This document shows positions 20,027 to 31,102 of a stretch of 64,000 nucleotides of DNA, piece after piece. Every line of letters starts with the position of its first letter. Position 1 is the stretch's first letter. The translations under genes and the position numbers were made by a program. The DNA is from an uncultured Paenibacillaceae bacterium (GTDB taxonomy: Bacteria > Bacillota > Bacilli > Paenibacillales > DA-C8): positions 6,816 to 70,815 of the forward strand of contig CALGAO010000031.1 in NCBI GenBank assembly GCA_937957685.1. Reading direction: 5' to 3'. Below the pieces are notes generated by a model. The model saw only the letters and a program-made list of their open reading frames with translations. It was not told where the DNA came from and did not search any database.

Positions 20027-21529
20027 TCAGCCCTGGCCGCTCGCCGCTTCCACTTCGCTCATCGGAATGCCAAGCGCTCTGGCCACTCCTTCGCCATAAG
20101 CGGGATCAGCCTTGTAGCAGTTGTTGATATGGCGCAGCTGAACTTCCTTCGTCGTACCCTGCATGGCGCGAGCCGTGTTCTCGAACAGCCGCTGCTGCTC
20201 ATCCGGCTTCATCAGGCGGAACAGCTTGCCCGGTTGCTCGTAATAGTTGTCGTCGTCCTCACGGAAGTTCCAGTAGCTGGCTGCACCGAACAGATCAAGA
20301 GGCGGTTCCTGATGCTCCTTGCTGTCCTGATGCACGCCGTAACTGTTCGGGCTGTACGTGATCTGATTCGGTCCGCCGACGTTCGGATGCAGGATCCTCA
20401 TCGCGCCATCCCTGTGATACGGGCAGAAGTTCGTGGCCGCCTTCGGATAATTGACCGGGATCTGCCAGTAGTTGACGCCGAGGCGGTAGCGCTGCGTGTC
20501 GCCATAGGAGAACAGGCGGCCTTGCAGCATCCGGTCAGGCGAGAAGCCGATGCCCGGCACGATGTTCGCCGGCGAGAAGGCGGCTTGCTCGACTTCCGCG
20601 AAGTAGTTCTCCGGATTGCGGTTCAGCTCGAGAACGCCCACTTCGATGAGCGGGAAGTCCTTCTTGTACCACACCTTCGTCAGGTCGAACGGGTTGTAAG
20701 GCATGTTGTTGGCCTGCTCTTCCGTCATGACCTGGATGTACATCGTCCATTTCGGATAATCGCCGCGCTCGATCGCTTCGTACAGATCTCTCTGATGCGT
20801 CTCGCGATCCTTGCCGATCATCTTCTCCGCTTCCTCGTCCGTCCAGTTCTTGATGCCCTGCTGCGTCTTGAAGTGGAACTTCACCCAGACGCGTTCGTTG
20901 TTCGCATTGTACATGCTGAACGTGTGGCTGCCGAACATGTGCATGTGGCGGTAGCTGGCCGGGATGCCGCGGTCGCTCATGACGATCGTGACCTGATGCA
21001 GGGCTTCCGGCAGGCTGGTCCAGAAATCCCAGTTGGCTTGCGGGTTCTTCATGTTCGTCTTCGGGTCGCGCTTGACGACGTGATTAAGGTCCGGGAAACG
21101 CTTCGGATCGCGGAAGAAGAATACCGGCGTGTTGTTGCCGACGAGGTCCCAGTTGCCATCCTCCGTATAGAACTTGATCGCCGTGCCGCGAATATCGCGT
21201 TCCGCATCAGCCGCACCGCGTTCGCCGGCCACCGTCGAGAAGCGGATGAAGACTTCCGTTTGCTTGCCGATCTCGGAGAACAGCTTCGCCTTCGTATACT
21301 TCGTGATGTCGTTGGTGACGGTGAAGGTGCCGTAAGCGCCGGATCCCTTGGCGTGCATGCGGCGTTCCGGGATCACCTCACGGTCGAAATGGGCCATCTT
21401 CTCGAGAAGCCATACGTCCTGCAACAGCACCGGGCCGCGTTTGCCTGCTGTGAGGGTGTCGTCGTCGTTCGGTACGGGAGCGCCAAAGGCTGTGGTTAAT
21501 CGCTTATGTTGATTGTCTTGTTCGGACAT
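20027..21529 (-). CDS. katA: Monofunctional heme catalase
   Basis: [32 protein letters not shown]. Confidence 0.96.
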   Translation of the reverse strand: MSEQDNQHKRLTTAFGAPVPNDDDTLTAGKRGPVLLQDVWLLEKMAHFDREVIPERRMHAKGSGAYGTFTVTNDITKYTKAKLFSEIGKQTEVFIRFSTVAGERGAADAERDIRGTAIKFYTEDGNWDLVGNNTPVFFFRDPKRFPDLNHVVKRDPKTNMKNPQANWDFWTSLPEALHQVTIVMSDRGIPASYRHMHMFGSHTFSMYNANNERVWVKFHFKTQQGIKNWTDEEAEKMIGKDRETHQRDLYEAIERGDYPKWTMYIQVMTEEQANNMPYNPFDLTKVWYKKDFPLIEVGVLELNRNPENYFAEVEQAAFSPANIVPGIGFSPDRMLQGRLFSYGDTQRYRLGVNYWQIPVNYPKAATNFCPYHRDGAMRILHPNVGGPNQITYSPNSYGVHQDSKEHQEPPLDLFGAASYWNFREDDDNYYEQPGKLFRLMKPDEQQRLFENTARAMQGTTKEVQLRHINNCYKADPAYGEGVARALGIPMSEVEAASGQG

Positions 21530-21624
21530 AATCTGAAATTCCTCCTTAATTAAAATTATTATTAATTTATATTCAATATCATATAAAATATTCTCCAGGA
21601 TTGCAACTCTAATAATCTAGTTCT

Positions 21625-21639
21625 TTAGAATGATTCTTG
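21625..21639. promoter_or_regulatory. Possible PerR box upstream of katA
   Basis: TTAGAATGATTCTTG resembles TTA.AAT.ATT.TAA in an AT-rich promoter region. Confidence 0.45.
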
Positions 21640-21736
21640 TTAAAAGCGATTTCATAGTCATCGTCGTCCGATCAAGGCTATCTGTACCCGGCACAGATAT
21701 CCGTATGTATCAGCCATTGACCATGCGCCCTTGAAC

Positions 21737-22819
21737 TCACGCGTCTCCGTCATTCAGCCTGGTCAGAATCCCTCCCTGATACGCATATCTGGCAGAAACA
21801 GGCGTCTCCAGATCCGGATTCAGGAACACCTGAAGCTCAATCGCGAATCGCCCCGCTGCCTGAACCAGTCTGGCCAGATGAATGGTTTGCTCGGGCACAT
21901 CCAACAGTTGCGCCACCCGGTCGCTCCTCTCCCAGCTCCCCTGATGCCAGCGATAGATGGTCACATCCGGCCAGGACAGATGCAGGCCCTCAAACTGAAG
22001 CACCAGCTCATGAGCGGCGTCCCCGTCCATATCCGCCAACATCGGCTTGCCCCAGTCGCCGATCATGTACCAGCGTCCGAGCGTCACGTCCTGGTACAGG
22101 ATGCCGATCCTGCCCGGACCATTCGCCGCCAGCGCGATCGTGCCATGCAGATAGATGTGCTGGCCTCCACTTCGATACTCGTGCCCCAGCCATATGACCG
22201 CATCGCTCAGTGCAGCATCATCGGCCAGATCGTTGGGCACGCACTCCGGAAGGCGGAGGGGTTGTCCCCGGTATACCAGGATCCCGATCGCCTCATGCGA
22301 GAACGTGCAGACCTCCTCGCTGCCGGTTGGCCGGTAGATCTCCAGGCTGATCGGCTCGCCGCTATAGTACCCGATTGTAAGCGTGTTCAACAGTTCCCAC
22401 GATGGATCGGGTGTGATCGGTTCCAGCTCGACCGATTCCACCGGATGGAATCCTGGCTTAAGCGACTCAGGAAAATCATAGGTCGCGGCGCTCGTTTCCT
22501 CTTCGGCGGCGGAGCCGGTTTCCTCCGGCTTCGCTTGCGGCTCGGGCTGTCTCCCCTCCGGTGCGGCAGATGGCTCCGGCTTCGCTTCTGTTCCATCGGG
22601 GGGCGCTTCCGAGTCCGGCTCCTCTACGTCCACGGACTCCTCCTGTACAGGCGCATCGGCTTCTGAACCTGCTTCTCCTGTCGCGGTCACCGCATCATCG
22701 GACGAAGCGGACGGCGCCTTCGCCTTGTCACCGCATGCGGCGAGCAGCAGGCACATGACCAGGAGCAGGCTGCAGGCGAGAACCCTGCGCCAATGTCTGT
22801 TGATGGTGCGTTTCCTCAT
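21737..22819 (-). CDS. Hypothetical lipoprotein
   Basis: Basic N-terminus, lipobox LLLAAC, acidic Pro/Glu/Ala linker, DMDGD motif. Confidence 0.75.
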   Translation of the reverse strand: MRKRTINRHWRRVLACSLLLVMCLLLAACGDKAKAPSASSDDAVTATGEAGSEADAPVQEESVDVEEPDSEAPPDGTEAKPEPSAAPEGRQPEPQAKPEETGSAAEEETSAATYDFPESLKPGFHPVESVELEPITPDPSWELLNTLTIGYYSGEPISLEIYRPTGSEEVCTFSHEAIGILVYRGQPLRLPECVPNDLADDAALSDAVIWLGHEYRSGGQHIYLHGTIALAANGPGRIGILYQDVTLGRWYMIGDWGKPMLADMDGDAAHELVLQFEGLHLSWPDVTIYRWHQGSWERSDRVAQLLDVPEQTIHLARLVQAAGRFAIELQVFLNPDLETPVSARYAYQGGILTRLNDGDA

Positions 22820-22985
22820 TTGCGGTGGACACTCCTTTTTCTTCCATTGTATCGTTGATTATACCTTATGTTGAAACCGTTAGCTGCAAGCACCTGGTCC
22901 GATTCTTACAAATATCAGATCTTCGTTTCGTTACGGCGGGAGGTCGACCCGTCGCGGTCTGTGTTGCTTGCTCCTGTCTGCCATC

Positions 22986-24380
22986 TCAGACCAATTTATG
23001 CCGATACCACTTGTCACCCCGGAAGCGGATTGTAAAGATGACACCTCTGACCAGCCATTCGGTGATCATCGCCACCCATACGCCGAAAACGCCAAAACCG
23101 AGCGTAACACCAAGCACATAGCCGAGGATGACGCGCAGCAGCCACATCGTCAGCATCGAGGTGATCGAGGTGAACCGGGAATCCCCGGCAGCGCGCAGGG
23201 CGGACGGCATGATGAAGCTGATCGACCAGAACAGCGGCTGGGCCAGCAGGATCAGGAGCGTCAGCCGGAAGATCAGCGGCACGATCTCATCCGGCGGCGA
23301 GAACAGATCCATGAGCAACGGGAACAGAGGCAGGATCAGGATGATCGCGACGATGAACGACAGTGTGGAGAGGCCGAGGAAAGCCCTCACGTACCTTCGG
23401 GCATCCTGGACATCGCCGCGGCCGATGCTCTGCCCGACCACCGTGACGATCGCGATGCTGAGCGCCCCGCCGCCGATCTGCGACACCATCGAGATCGATC
23501 CGCCTATGGCATTGGCGGTGATCGCCAGGGTGCCGAACTGGACGATGTACGTCTGCGTCAGCAGCTTGCCGCCGTTGAAGAACATCTGCTCCGCCGCGAA
23601 CGGCAGACCGACGAACAGGATCTTCTTCACGATCGCCATATCGACATGCAGCACATCACGAATGCGGAAATGCAGCTTCGGGCAATATCTCAATATATAT
23701 ACCGTTGCGGCTGTGGCGCCGATCACCTTGGCCAGGATGAGCGAGATCACCAGACCCATGACCCCCATATCCAGACCAACGATGAACAGAACGTTCAGGC
23801 CGAGATAGGTAAGATTCATGATGAGGGACAGGATGAGGCACACCCGCGTCTCGGCGATGCCGCGAAGCACGCCGGTGATCGCCGAATACAGGCCCAGGAG
23901 CGGAAAGGTGATGCATTGGCCGATGAGGTAGATGCGCGCGTTATGCAGCACGTCCGCGTCCGCCCGGCCAAACAGCAGCTGAAGCATCGGATCATGGAAC
24001 GCGAGCACGAGCGCGGCGATGCCGAGCGATGCGACCGTCACCGTGGAAAGTGCCTGCGAGGCCGCCCGGGTGACCATCTCCCCTCTTCCGCTGCCCTTGT
24101 ATTGGGAGACGATGACCGTGCCGCCGGTAGCCAGGGCGATAAACACATTGGCGATAAAAATGATGAGCGAATCCACCATGCTGACGGCACTGACCGCCGC
24201 CACGCCGGAGGAGCTGATCATCGCCGTATTGAACAGGCTGATGAGGATGAGGAAAGCCTGATCCGCCAGCACCGGCAGGATGATCGCGATGATCTGCTTG
24301 TAGTCGAACATATTGCCTGACAGCGAACGGTCCAGCAGGCGAATGGCTCCCATCTTCCATTTGTGCAACAAGGGCTTCAT
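22986..24380 (-). CDS. MATE family efflux transporter
   Basis: ~12 TM; AAVSAVSMVDS, VVGQSIGRGD, LRAAGDSRF; alternative starts 24389/24392. Confidence 0.9.
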   Translation of the reverse strand: MKPLLHKWKMGAIRLLDRSLSGNMFDYKQIIAIILPVLADQAFLILISLFNTAMISSSGVAAVSAVSMVDSLIIFIANVFIALATGGTVIVSQYKGSGRGEMVTRAASQALSTVTVASLGIAALVLAFHDPMLQLLFGRADADVLHNARIYLIGQCITFPLLGLYSAITGVLRGIAETRVCLILSLIMNLTYLGLNVLFIVGLDMGVMGLVISLILAKVIGATAATVYILRYCPKLHFRIRDVLHVDMAIVKKILFVGLPFAAEQMFFNGGKLLTQTYIVQFGTLAITANAIGGSISMVSQIGGGALSIAIVTVVGQSIGRGDVQDARRYVRAFLGLSTLSFIVAIILILPLFPLLMDLFSPPDEIVPLIFRLTLLILLAQPLFWSISFIMPSALRAAGDSRFTSITSMLTMWLLRVILGYVLGVTLGFGVFGVWVAMITEWLVRGVIFTIRFRGDKWYRHKLV

Positions 24381-24551
24381 AAGAATCATCACTTCTTGTC
24401 AATTGAGATCGTCCGTTGCGTTTGAGACATTATACCACCGTTGATTGCAATTTTCAGTACATTTATTTGACCAGTATCGGTCATCGGCAGGTTGCAGTCG
24501 CTCTGCTTCAGCAGGCAACGTCGGCAACGTCCCTGGACGGAGCAAGTAAAT

Positions 24552-24582
24552 AAAAAACCTTATGTCGAAGCCGACATAAGGT
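24552..24582 (-). terminator. Terminator downstream of tRNA-Lys
   Basis: ACCTTATGTCG-GCTT-CGACATAAGGT followed by a T-tract. Confidence 0.8.
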
Positions 24583-24598
24583 ATCGTGATTTATGTAA

Positions 24599-24674
24599 TG
24601 GTGGGCTCTCAGGGACTCGAACCCTGGACCAGATGATTAAGAGTCACCTGCTCTACCAACTGAGCTAAGAGCCC
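24599..24674 (-). tRNA. tRNA-Lys(CTT)
   Basis: 76-nt cloverleaf; GGGCTCT/AGAGCCC acceptor stem, anticodon loop CTCTTAA, TTCGAGT T-loop, encoded CCA. Confidence 0.97.
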
Positions 24675-24960
24675 ATATCCACTTGCTTCAGCAGTTCGTT
24701 TACCGAAGCAACATTGATTATTTTACTCGCCTCGGATCCATCTGTCAACTTTAAATTTTACCAACCTTCACCCCCTCAACATTACGCCAAACCCGCGTCC
24801 CATCTGCGTTTTCCCGTAATTCCGGCCACTTGCGTTCGACATGGACAGAAAAATTTTTTTGCGATTTATTCTTAAGATATCCTTTATGAGCGGTTAATAA
24901 TTTCTTTATATTTGCCAGCTATACTGGATGAAGGAAGCGAGGAATGGAAGGGGGTATCTG

Positions 24961-25203
24961 TTGATGGATCAGCGCTTGCGGATGCTCAGAGATTCCGAGC
25001 ATCTGTGTTATCGCGTTTGCCATTATCTGCTGCAGAACGAGAAGCTGGCTCTGGAGACCGCCAAGCTCGCTCTGCTGGAGCTCGCTCGCAACCCGGACTT
25101 TTACGCGTGCCCCCAGGAGCAGAAGCAGGACATTATTCGCCGCGTCGCTGCCCGCAAATGCCTGATGGCTTACTATAGTCATAAAGACCAAAGGTCGGGA
25201 TAA
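24961..25203 (+). CDS. Small protein resembling an isolated sigma-70 region 2 of ECF sigma factors
   Basis: SD AAGGGGG then TTG/ATG; LCYRVCHYLLQNEKLALETAKLALLEL...IIRRVAARKC echoes the sigma-2 helix pattern; no region 4. Confidence 0.55.
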   Translation: MMDQRLRMLRDSEHLCYRVCHYLLQNEKLALETAKLALLELARNPDFYACPQEQKQDIIRRVAARKCLMAYYSHKDQRSG

Positions 25204-25412
25204 CCGATGCCGATCCGCACCCGATATGAGCGCTTGTCGCATACGCATCTGTCCCAACCTCATCCCGATGGCTGTGATTCAATGGATTGTTGCTTCACAC
25301 ACTGACGATGCATTGGCGTCTCTTCTGGCTTCAGGCAACAACGAAGATGATCACGGCCTTTACCGTCTCCGCTGCCCTTGTCCCCTGCCGCGGCCTCGCT
25401 ACCCCCTTGCGA

Positions 25413-25880
25413 TCAGTTCAGGTTCTTGCTCCATTCGTCCACCCTGCGGAAGCTTTCCTCCTCCGACAGATCCTCCACCCGCGACATGATCGACCAGCGG
25501 ACGCCTACCGGATCCAGGATGCTCGCATAGCGGTCTCCGGATACGAAGTTCGCCGGCTGCTCGCGAACCTGAGCTCCATGCTCGATCGCCAGCGCAAAGG
25601 TATGATCCACATCCGGCACGTAGATCCCCAGGGAATAGCAAGCCTCCCCATTCCCCGGAGGCAGCACCAGCCGATAATGGGGATTCGCCGATCCGAGCTG
25701 CAGATAGCCATGACCGAAGTCCAGATCCGCATGGACGATCCGCCTGACTCCGTCAAATTCCATCTCCGTCAAACTCTTCAGCTTCGCGCCGAACACCTTC
25801 TCGTAGAACCCGATGGCCCGCTTCGCATCGCTGACCACGATAAACGGCGTCAATGACGTATACCCGATCGGCGTGCCGTG
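25413..25880 (-). pseudogene. VOC/glyoxalase (PhnB-like) protein, probably 5'-truncated
   Basis: LTPFIVVSDAKRAIGFYEKVFGA, GDRYASILDPVGVRWSI; frame continues HGTPIGYTS upstream of TTG 25853 with no start or SD. Confidence 0.65.
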
Positions 25881-25885
25881 TATAC

Positions 25886-26899
25886 ATGAAGAATCTCGAA
25901 GAGCTGAACGCTTACGTGAAGATCGGCAACAAGGATCCGGAGAAGCTGGGAGACTATATCCTCCCGCTTGCCGTCTCTGACGATGCCAATTATATCTACT
26001 ATATGGAATTCGACGAGGATGCCAGGTTCGGCCAAGACAGCGACGAAGTCGGACACCTCTATGTACAAAAGGGGAAAAAACGAATCCGGCTCAGATCCAA
26101 CGTGGCCCTAGCGGACCTGACCCTGCTGTTCAACAGGAACTATTCGCAGGTGATCATCTCCGAAGACGGCAGATCCTATCTCAGCATCGATGCCGCAGAG
26201 AGCATCCCCGTGGCCAGATCCGAGATCATTTTTGCCGCATATGAGCTTGCATCCAGGTCCTGGGCGCTGCCCGAGTACGCATGGTGGAAGGACAGCTTCC
26301 GCGTGTTCGCCGTCAGCGATCTGACCAGCTTGCTGTTCCACAATGAACATGGAGACATCGTGTCCATCGACCGATCGGGCAACAGCGAGACGCTCGTCAG
26401 CGAGGCCTGGAACTCCTATGTGACCCCTGACGGCAGCACCGTCGTATACGTCGATGATCGTGAACGCCTCATCCGCAGATCCCTGAAGGATCCAGGGAAA
26501 GAAGCCGAGATCATCTCGCGGGATGTCATGAGCTTCCAGACGGCGGGCGATGGCAAGCTCATCTACTATCTCGATTTCAACAACGATCTGTACGTCGTCA
26601 AGGGAAGCGATGAACCTAAGCTCCTGATGATGGATGCAAGTTACCCGATCAACCTGACACCGGACGGCGAGCAGTTCCTCTTCATGGCGGATTACCGAGA
26701 CGAGAGCGGCGATCTGTACATTTCCTCAAGGGGCGGTGATCCGAAGAAGATCGACGAAGATGTGTACACCTATGTCGTGACGGAGAAAGGCATGTACATC
26801 GCCAAGGACTACGACGAAGGTTGCTTCGACCTGTATTTCAGCAGTGACTTCAGCCGATCCGAGCTGATCACCCACGATGCGGAATCGCTCTTTTATTGA
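25886..26899 (+). CDS. TolB-like beta-propeller repeat protein, probably a 5'-truncated fragment
   Basis: Repeated SDDANYIYY, TPDGSTVVY, AGDGKLIYY, TPDGEQFLF blades; no SD, no signal peptide. Confidence 0.6.
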   Translation: MKNLEELNAYVKIGNKDPEKLGDYILPLAVSDDANYIYYMEFDEDARFGQDSDEVGHLYVQKGKKRIRLRSNVALADLTLLFNRNYSQVIISEDGRSYLSIDAAESIPVARSEIIFAAYELASRSWALPEYAWWKDSFRVFAVSDLTSLLFHNEHGDIVSIDRSGNSETLVSEAWNSYVTPDGSTVVYVDDRERLIRRSLKDPGKEAEIISRDVMSFQTAGDGKLIYYLDFNNDLYVVKGSDEPKLLMMDASYPINLTPDGEQFLFMADYRDESGDLYISSRGGDPKKIDEDVYTYVVTEKGMYIAKDYDEGCFDLYFSSDFSRSELITHDAESLFY

Positions 26900-26976
26900 C
26901 CTGTACGCCACACCAACGGCCCTATCCGGGTTGATCGGATCGAGGATATGAACAGCAACCATCAACGCCACACACG

Positions 26977-27001
26977 CGGCCCTGTCCATGGGACAGGGCC
27001 G
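26977..27001 (+). terminator. Hairpin downstream of the propeller gene
   Basis: CGGCCCTGTCC-ATG-GGACAGGGCCG perfect stem. Confidence 0.6.
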
Positions 27002-27159
27002 TTTCGCATGGGCGGATCATGCCGAGGCTGCGGGAATGCCGAGCACCTCCAGCACCTTGCGAGCGGCCGCTTCGCCGGATTGCGGATTCAGATGAATAAA
27101 TAAACCGAATGACGCACACCCTGTTGTTGTAAAATTCTAGCGGCAAGGATGTGTGTGAA

Positions 27160-27954
27160 TTGAGCAAACGTCTGGAGAACAAGGTCATCGTCATCACCGG
27201 CGCTGCCATGGGGCTTGGTCAGGCCACGGCGATGGAAGCAGCCAAGGAAGGGGCGAAGCTGTCGCTGGTCGATCTGAATGCCGACGCCCTGGAGCAGTCG
27301 AAGCAGGAGATCGCCGCCAAATATCCCGGCACGGAGATCCTGACCATCGTGGCCGATGTGTCCAAGGAAGACGAAGTGCGCCGATACGTGGACGAGACGG
27401 TCAGGCAGTTCAACCGCATCGACGGGTTCTACAACAACGCAGGGATTGAAGGCAGGCAGGCGCTGATCCCCGACTATGACGTGGGCGTCTTCAAGAAGGT
27501 CATCGACATCAACCTGTTCGGCGTCTATTACGGGTTGCGCTATGTGATCCCGGTCATGCGGAAGCAGCGATACGGGCGGATCGTCAACACAGCCTCGGTC
27601 GGCGGCATTCGCGGCGTGCTGAACCAGGTGCCGTACGTCGCCAGCAAACACGCCGTAGCCGGCATGACCAAGAATGCGGCGCTGGAATTTGCCCGGGAGG
27701 GCATCGTCACCAACGCCATCGCCCCCGGGGCCATCCTGACGCCGATGGTCGCCGGCTCGTTCAAGCAGGTGAATCCGGAGGACCCGAAGAAGGCGGAGAT
27801 GGAATTCGCCCAGGGCAATCCGACGAAGCGGCTGGGACTGCCGGAGGAAGTGGCGAAGGTCGTCGTGTTCCTGCTCTCGGAGGATTGCAGCTACGTGAAC
27901 GGGCAGATCATCGCGATCGACGGAGGACAGTCGAATATTTACGGATTTGTGTGA
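27160..27954 (+). CDS. Short-chain dehydrogenase/reductase (levodione reductase-like)
   Basis: TGAAMGLG, NNAGIEG, YVASKH, NAIAPG. Confidence 0.9.
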   Translation: MSKRLENKVIVITGAAMGLGQATAMEAAKEGAKLSLVDLNADALEQSKQEIAAKYPGTEILTIVADVSKEDEVRRYVDETVRQFNRIDGFYNNAGIEGRQALIPDYDVGVFKKVIDINLFGVYYGLRYVIPVMRKQRYGRIVNTASVGGIRGVLNQVPYVASKHAVAGMTKNAALEFAREGIVTNAIAPGAILTPMVAGSFKQVNPEDPKKAEMEFAQGNPTKRLGLPEEVAKVVVFLLSEDCSYVNGQIIAIDGGQSNIYGFV

Positions 27955-28042
27955 GCAAGTGAGCAGATGCGGCTTGCTTCGCTCTTCGCCCTGTCGATGC
28001 CAGTGTGAGCTTCCGGTGCTGCTCGCACTGGCATCGACATTA

Positions 28043-28427
28043 TCAGCCACCCTGTTTCTCCAGGTAGTGAATGGCCTGCTCAACGGCCTCCGGATGAAGG
28101 TGCGGGATCATATGCCCGGCCTGCTCCAGGACGACAAGCGTGGATCCCGGCACCTCTCGATGCAAGCGATAGCTGTGTTCCTTCGTCGTGAATGGATCCA
28201 GATCTCCAACGACGATGATCAGCGGCACTGTGACCTCACGATATCTGTGCATCATTTCTGTCGCAGCTGGCACAAAGGCCAGCACGTCCTCCCGGTTCGA
28301 TCACTTCATCGAAATCGTGCGCATGAAGCACACCGCCATGGAGAAACACGATCGGTTGCCCGCTCCCTTTGCTGATATAGTGCAGCTTGACGCCTTCTAC
28401 TGTGACAAAATTCCCATCCGGCGGGAT
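28043..28427 (-). pseudogene. Alpha/beta hydrolase pseudogene with a frameshifting internal deletion
   Basis: N-fragment PPDGNFVTVEGVKLHYISKGSGQPIVFLHGG joined out of frame near 28297 to C-fragment NREDVLAF...GDLD...AGHMIP; nucleophile region and start codon missing. Confidence 0.8.
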
Positions 28428-28602
28428 CCTCAGAAGCCAGCACTGGCTCCATCTGAGCCGGGAGCGCCCGAATCTTCATCGTCTGCCAAAGTTTACCGAT
28501 GGCTCCATCCATCCAGCCTGTCGGGTATACAGGAAAGCCGCTTCAATCCTGACAGGTATCGAAGCGGCTTATGCTTGGCTGCATCATTCGGTTGTAGCTT
28601 GT

Positions 28603-28992
28603 TCACACCTGTTCCGTCAGGATCACGGCGCCACTCTTCAGCGTGTTGCCGATCGTGCAGCCGCGCTCCGCGATGGTGATGAGCTTCCTGCGATACGCCT
28701 CATCCAGGGAGTCAGGCAGCCTCACCTTCACATGCAGATGGGAGAACTGGTTCGCCTGCGGATCGGCCTCCTTGGTCGCCACCACGTCCACCTCCAGCTG
28801 CGTCGGGTCATACTCGATCTGATCCCGCTCCAGCACCTTCTGGATCGTGATCGTCACGCACAGCGCCACCGATGCCTCCAGCAGCTCCCGCGGCGACAGA
28901 CCTTCGCTGTTCGGCGTCCTGCTGCCCTTGACCTGGATCCCGGCCTCGTTGATGATCTGCATCTGTCCGTCGATCGTCTTCACGTTTGTCAT
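28603..28992 (-). CDS. OsmC/Ohr family protein
   Basis: SPRELLEASVALC and AERGCTIGNTL two-Cys pattern. Confidence 0.85.
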   Translation of the reverse strand: MTNVKTIDGQMQIINEAGIQVKGSRTPNSEGLSPRELLEASVALCVTITIQKVLERDQIEYDPTQLEVDVVATKEADPQANQFSHLHVKVRLPDSLDEAYRRKLITIAERGCTIGNTLKSGAVILTEQV

Positions 28993-29037
28993 AGGATGGT
29001 CCTCCTCATTGTTTGTCTGATGATCCCCGCCTGAGGG

Positions 29038-30060
29038 TCAATGCTCTCTTCCCCGCTCCTCATCCAGGAGATGGCATGCGGCCAGATGATGGGTTCCTGC
29101 CGTCTGCAGCCTGGGCACCTCCAGCTTGCATCGCTCCCATGCGTATGGACAGCGCGTATGGAACACACAGCCGGATGGCGGATTCAGCGGCGACGGCAAC
29201 TCGCCGCGCAGCACGATTCGCTCCCTTCGCTTCTCCCGCGTATAGTCCGGAACGGACGAGAGCAGCGCCTGCGTATAGGGATGCTTCGCGTGCGCGAACA
29301 GCTCATCCGTCGGCGCTTCCTCGACGATCTTGCCGAGGTACATGACGCCGATGCGATCGGAGATGTAGCGGACGACGCTCATATCATGGCTGATGAACAG
29401 CATCGTCAGCTTCATCTCCCGCTGCAGCTTCTTGAACAGGTTCAGGATCTGCGACTGGATCGACACGTCCAGCGCCGACACCGGCTCGTCGCAGACGATG
29501 ATGTCCGGCTTCAGGATCAGGGCGCGGGCGATCCCGATCCGCTGCGCCTGCCCTCCGGACAGTTCATGCGGATAGCGGAAATAATGCTCCGGCCTGAGTC
29601 CCACCGCATCCAGCATGCGGAACACTTCCTCCCGCCGCTCTTCGCTGCTCCCCATGCGATGGATGATCAGAGGCTCCTCCAGGATGTCGCCGATCCGCTT
29701 CTTCGGATTAAGCGAGGAGTACGGGTCCTGGAAGACAAACTGGATCTTCCGGCGCATCGACCGGTGCTGCTCTCCGGACAGCTTGTACAGATCGGTTCCC
29801 CGGTAGCGAACCTCGCCTGTCGAAGGCTTCGACAGGCCGACGATCATGCGGCCGGTCGTGCTCTTGCCCGAGCCGGACTCGCCGACGAGCCCGTAGGTCT
29901 CCCCCTCGTACAGCCGCAGGGACACGTCCTTCACCGCCGTTACCATGGGGCGCTTCCACAGCGTGTTCAGCGTGCGCTGGGCGGGGAACAGGCGGCTCAC
30001 GTTCACAAGCTCCAGCAGCGGCTCACGTCCATGCTGCTTATCCTTCTCCGTCATCGCCAT
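29038..30060 (-). CDS. Oligopeptide/dipeptide ABC transporter ATP-binding protein (OppF-like)
   Basis: [26 protein letters not shown]-terminal HPYT and Cys motif. Confidence 0.92.
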   Translation of the reverse strand: MAMTEKDKQHGREPLLELVNVSRLFPAQRTLNTLWKRPMVTAVKDVSLRLYEGETYGLVGESGSGKSTTGRMIVGLSKPSTGEVRYRGTDLYKLSGEQHRSMRRKIQFVFQDPYSSLNPKKRIGDILEEPLIIHRMGSSEERREEVFRMLDAVGLRPEHYFRYPHELSGGQAQRIGIARALILKPDIIVCDEPVSALDVSIQSQILNLFKKLQREMKLTMLFISHDMSVVRYISDRIGVMYLGKIVEEAPTDELFAHAKHPYTQALLSSVPDYTREKRRERIVLRGELPSPLNPPSGCVFHTRCPYAWERCKLEVPRLQTAGTHHLAACHLLDEERGREH

Positions 30061-31078
30061 GCCCCCTTCCTGCAACGCCGGACATCTCGCTGATCTCGCG
30101 ATGCTTCCAGCATCTGACGGTATGTCCTTCGCCGATGTCCTCCATCGGCTGCGCCATCTCCCGGCAGCGTTCCTCCGCATATGGGCAGCGCGTGCTGAAA
30201 CGGCAACCCAACGGAACATCATGCAGCGACGGCACCGTCCCCTGGATCACATGCAGCAGCTCATCCCGGTTGGTGTCGAGCCGCGGGATCGATTGCAGCA
30301 GCCCCTGTGTGTACGGGTGGCGCGGCTGCCGGAACAGCTCGTCCGTTCTCGCTTCCTCGACGATCTGGCCGAGATACATCACCTTCACGGAGTCGCAGAT
30401 ATCGGCGACGATGCCCAGATCATGCGTGATGAACATGATCGCCATGCCCATCGTTTCATTCAGCTGCACGAGCAGATCGAGGATCTGCGCCTGGATCGTC
30501 ACGTCCAGCGCGGTCGTCGGCTCGTCGGCGATCAGCAGCTTCGGCTGGCAGGCGAGGGCGATCGCGATCATCACCCGCTGCTGCATGCCGCCCGACAGCT
30601 GATGCGGATAATCGTGCACGCGAGCTTCCGGCGAAGGAATGCCGGTGAGCCTTAGCAGCTCGATCGCCCGCTCTCTCGCCTCCTTGCGCGACAGCTTCTG
30701 GTGCAGGCGCAGCACCTCCTCGATCTGGTCGCCGATCGTATGAACCGGGTTCAGCGACGTGAGCGGATCCTGGAAGACGACGGAGATCTCATTGCCGCGA
30801 ATGGCGCGAAGCTTCGACAGAGGCAGCTCGAGCAGATTGCGTCCCTCCAGCAGCACGGCGCCCTCGTATTCGATCGAGCTCGAAGGCTCCAGCAGGCGGA
30901 CGATCGACTGGCTCATCACGCTCTTGCCGCTGCCGGACTCGCCGACGATGCCGACGATCTCGCCTTCGCGGATCGTCATGTTGACGCCGTCAACGGCCGT
31001 TACTCTTCCCCTCGGTGTATGAAAATGCACTTTAAAGTCCTGTAGCTCCAACAGAGGCTGATCCTTCTGTCCACCCAC
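30038..31078 (-). CDS. Oligopeptide/dipeptide ABC transporter ATP-binding protein (OppD-like)
   Basis: [24 protein letters not shown]. Confidence 0.92.
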   Translation of the reverse strand: MGGQKDQPLLELQDFKVHFHTPRGRVTAVDGVNMTIREGEIVGIVGESGSGKSVMSQSIVRLLEPSSSIEYEGAVLLEGRNLLELPLSKLRAIRGNEISVVFQDPLTSLNPVHTIGDQIEEVLRLHQKLSRKEARERAIELLRLTGIPSPEARVHDYPHQLSGGMQQRVMIAIALACQPKLLIADEPTTALDVTIQAQILDLLVQLNETMGMAIMFITHDLGIVADICDSVKVMYLGQIVEEARTDELFRQPRHPYTQGLLQSIPRLDTNRDELLHVIQGTVPSLHDVPLGCRFSTRCPYAEERCREMAQPMEDIGEGHTVRCWKHREISEMSGVAGRGHGDDGEG

Positions 31079-31102
31079 GATCTCTCCACCCCCGTTTCAT
31101 GT

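Noticed and set aside
4846-25881. Shared GTGCCGTGT near two suspected deletion junctions as a recombination site
   Set aside because: Only 9 bp and GC-rich, absent at the other scars, and no recombinase nearby; chance is plausible
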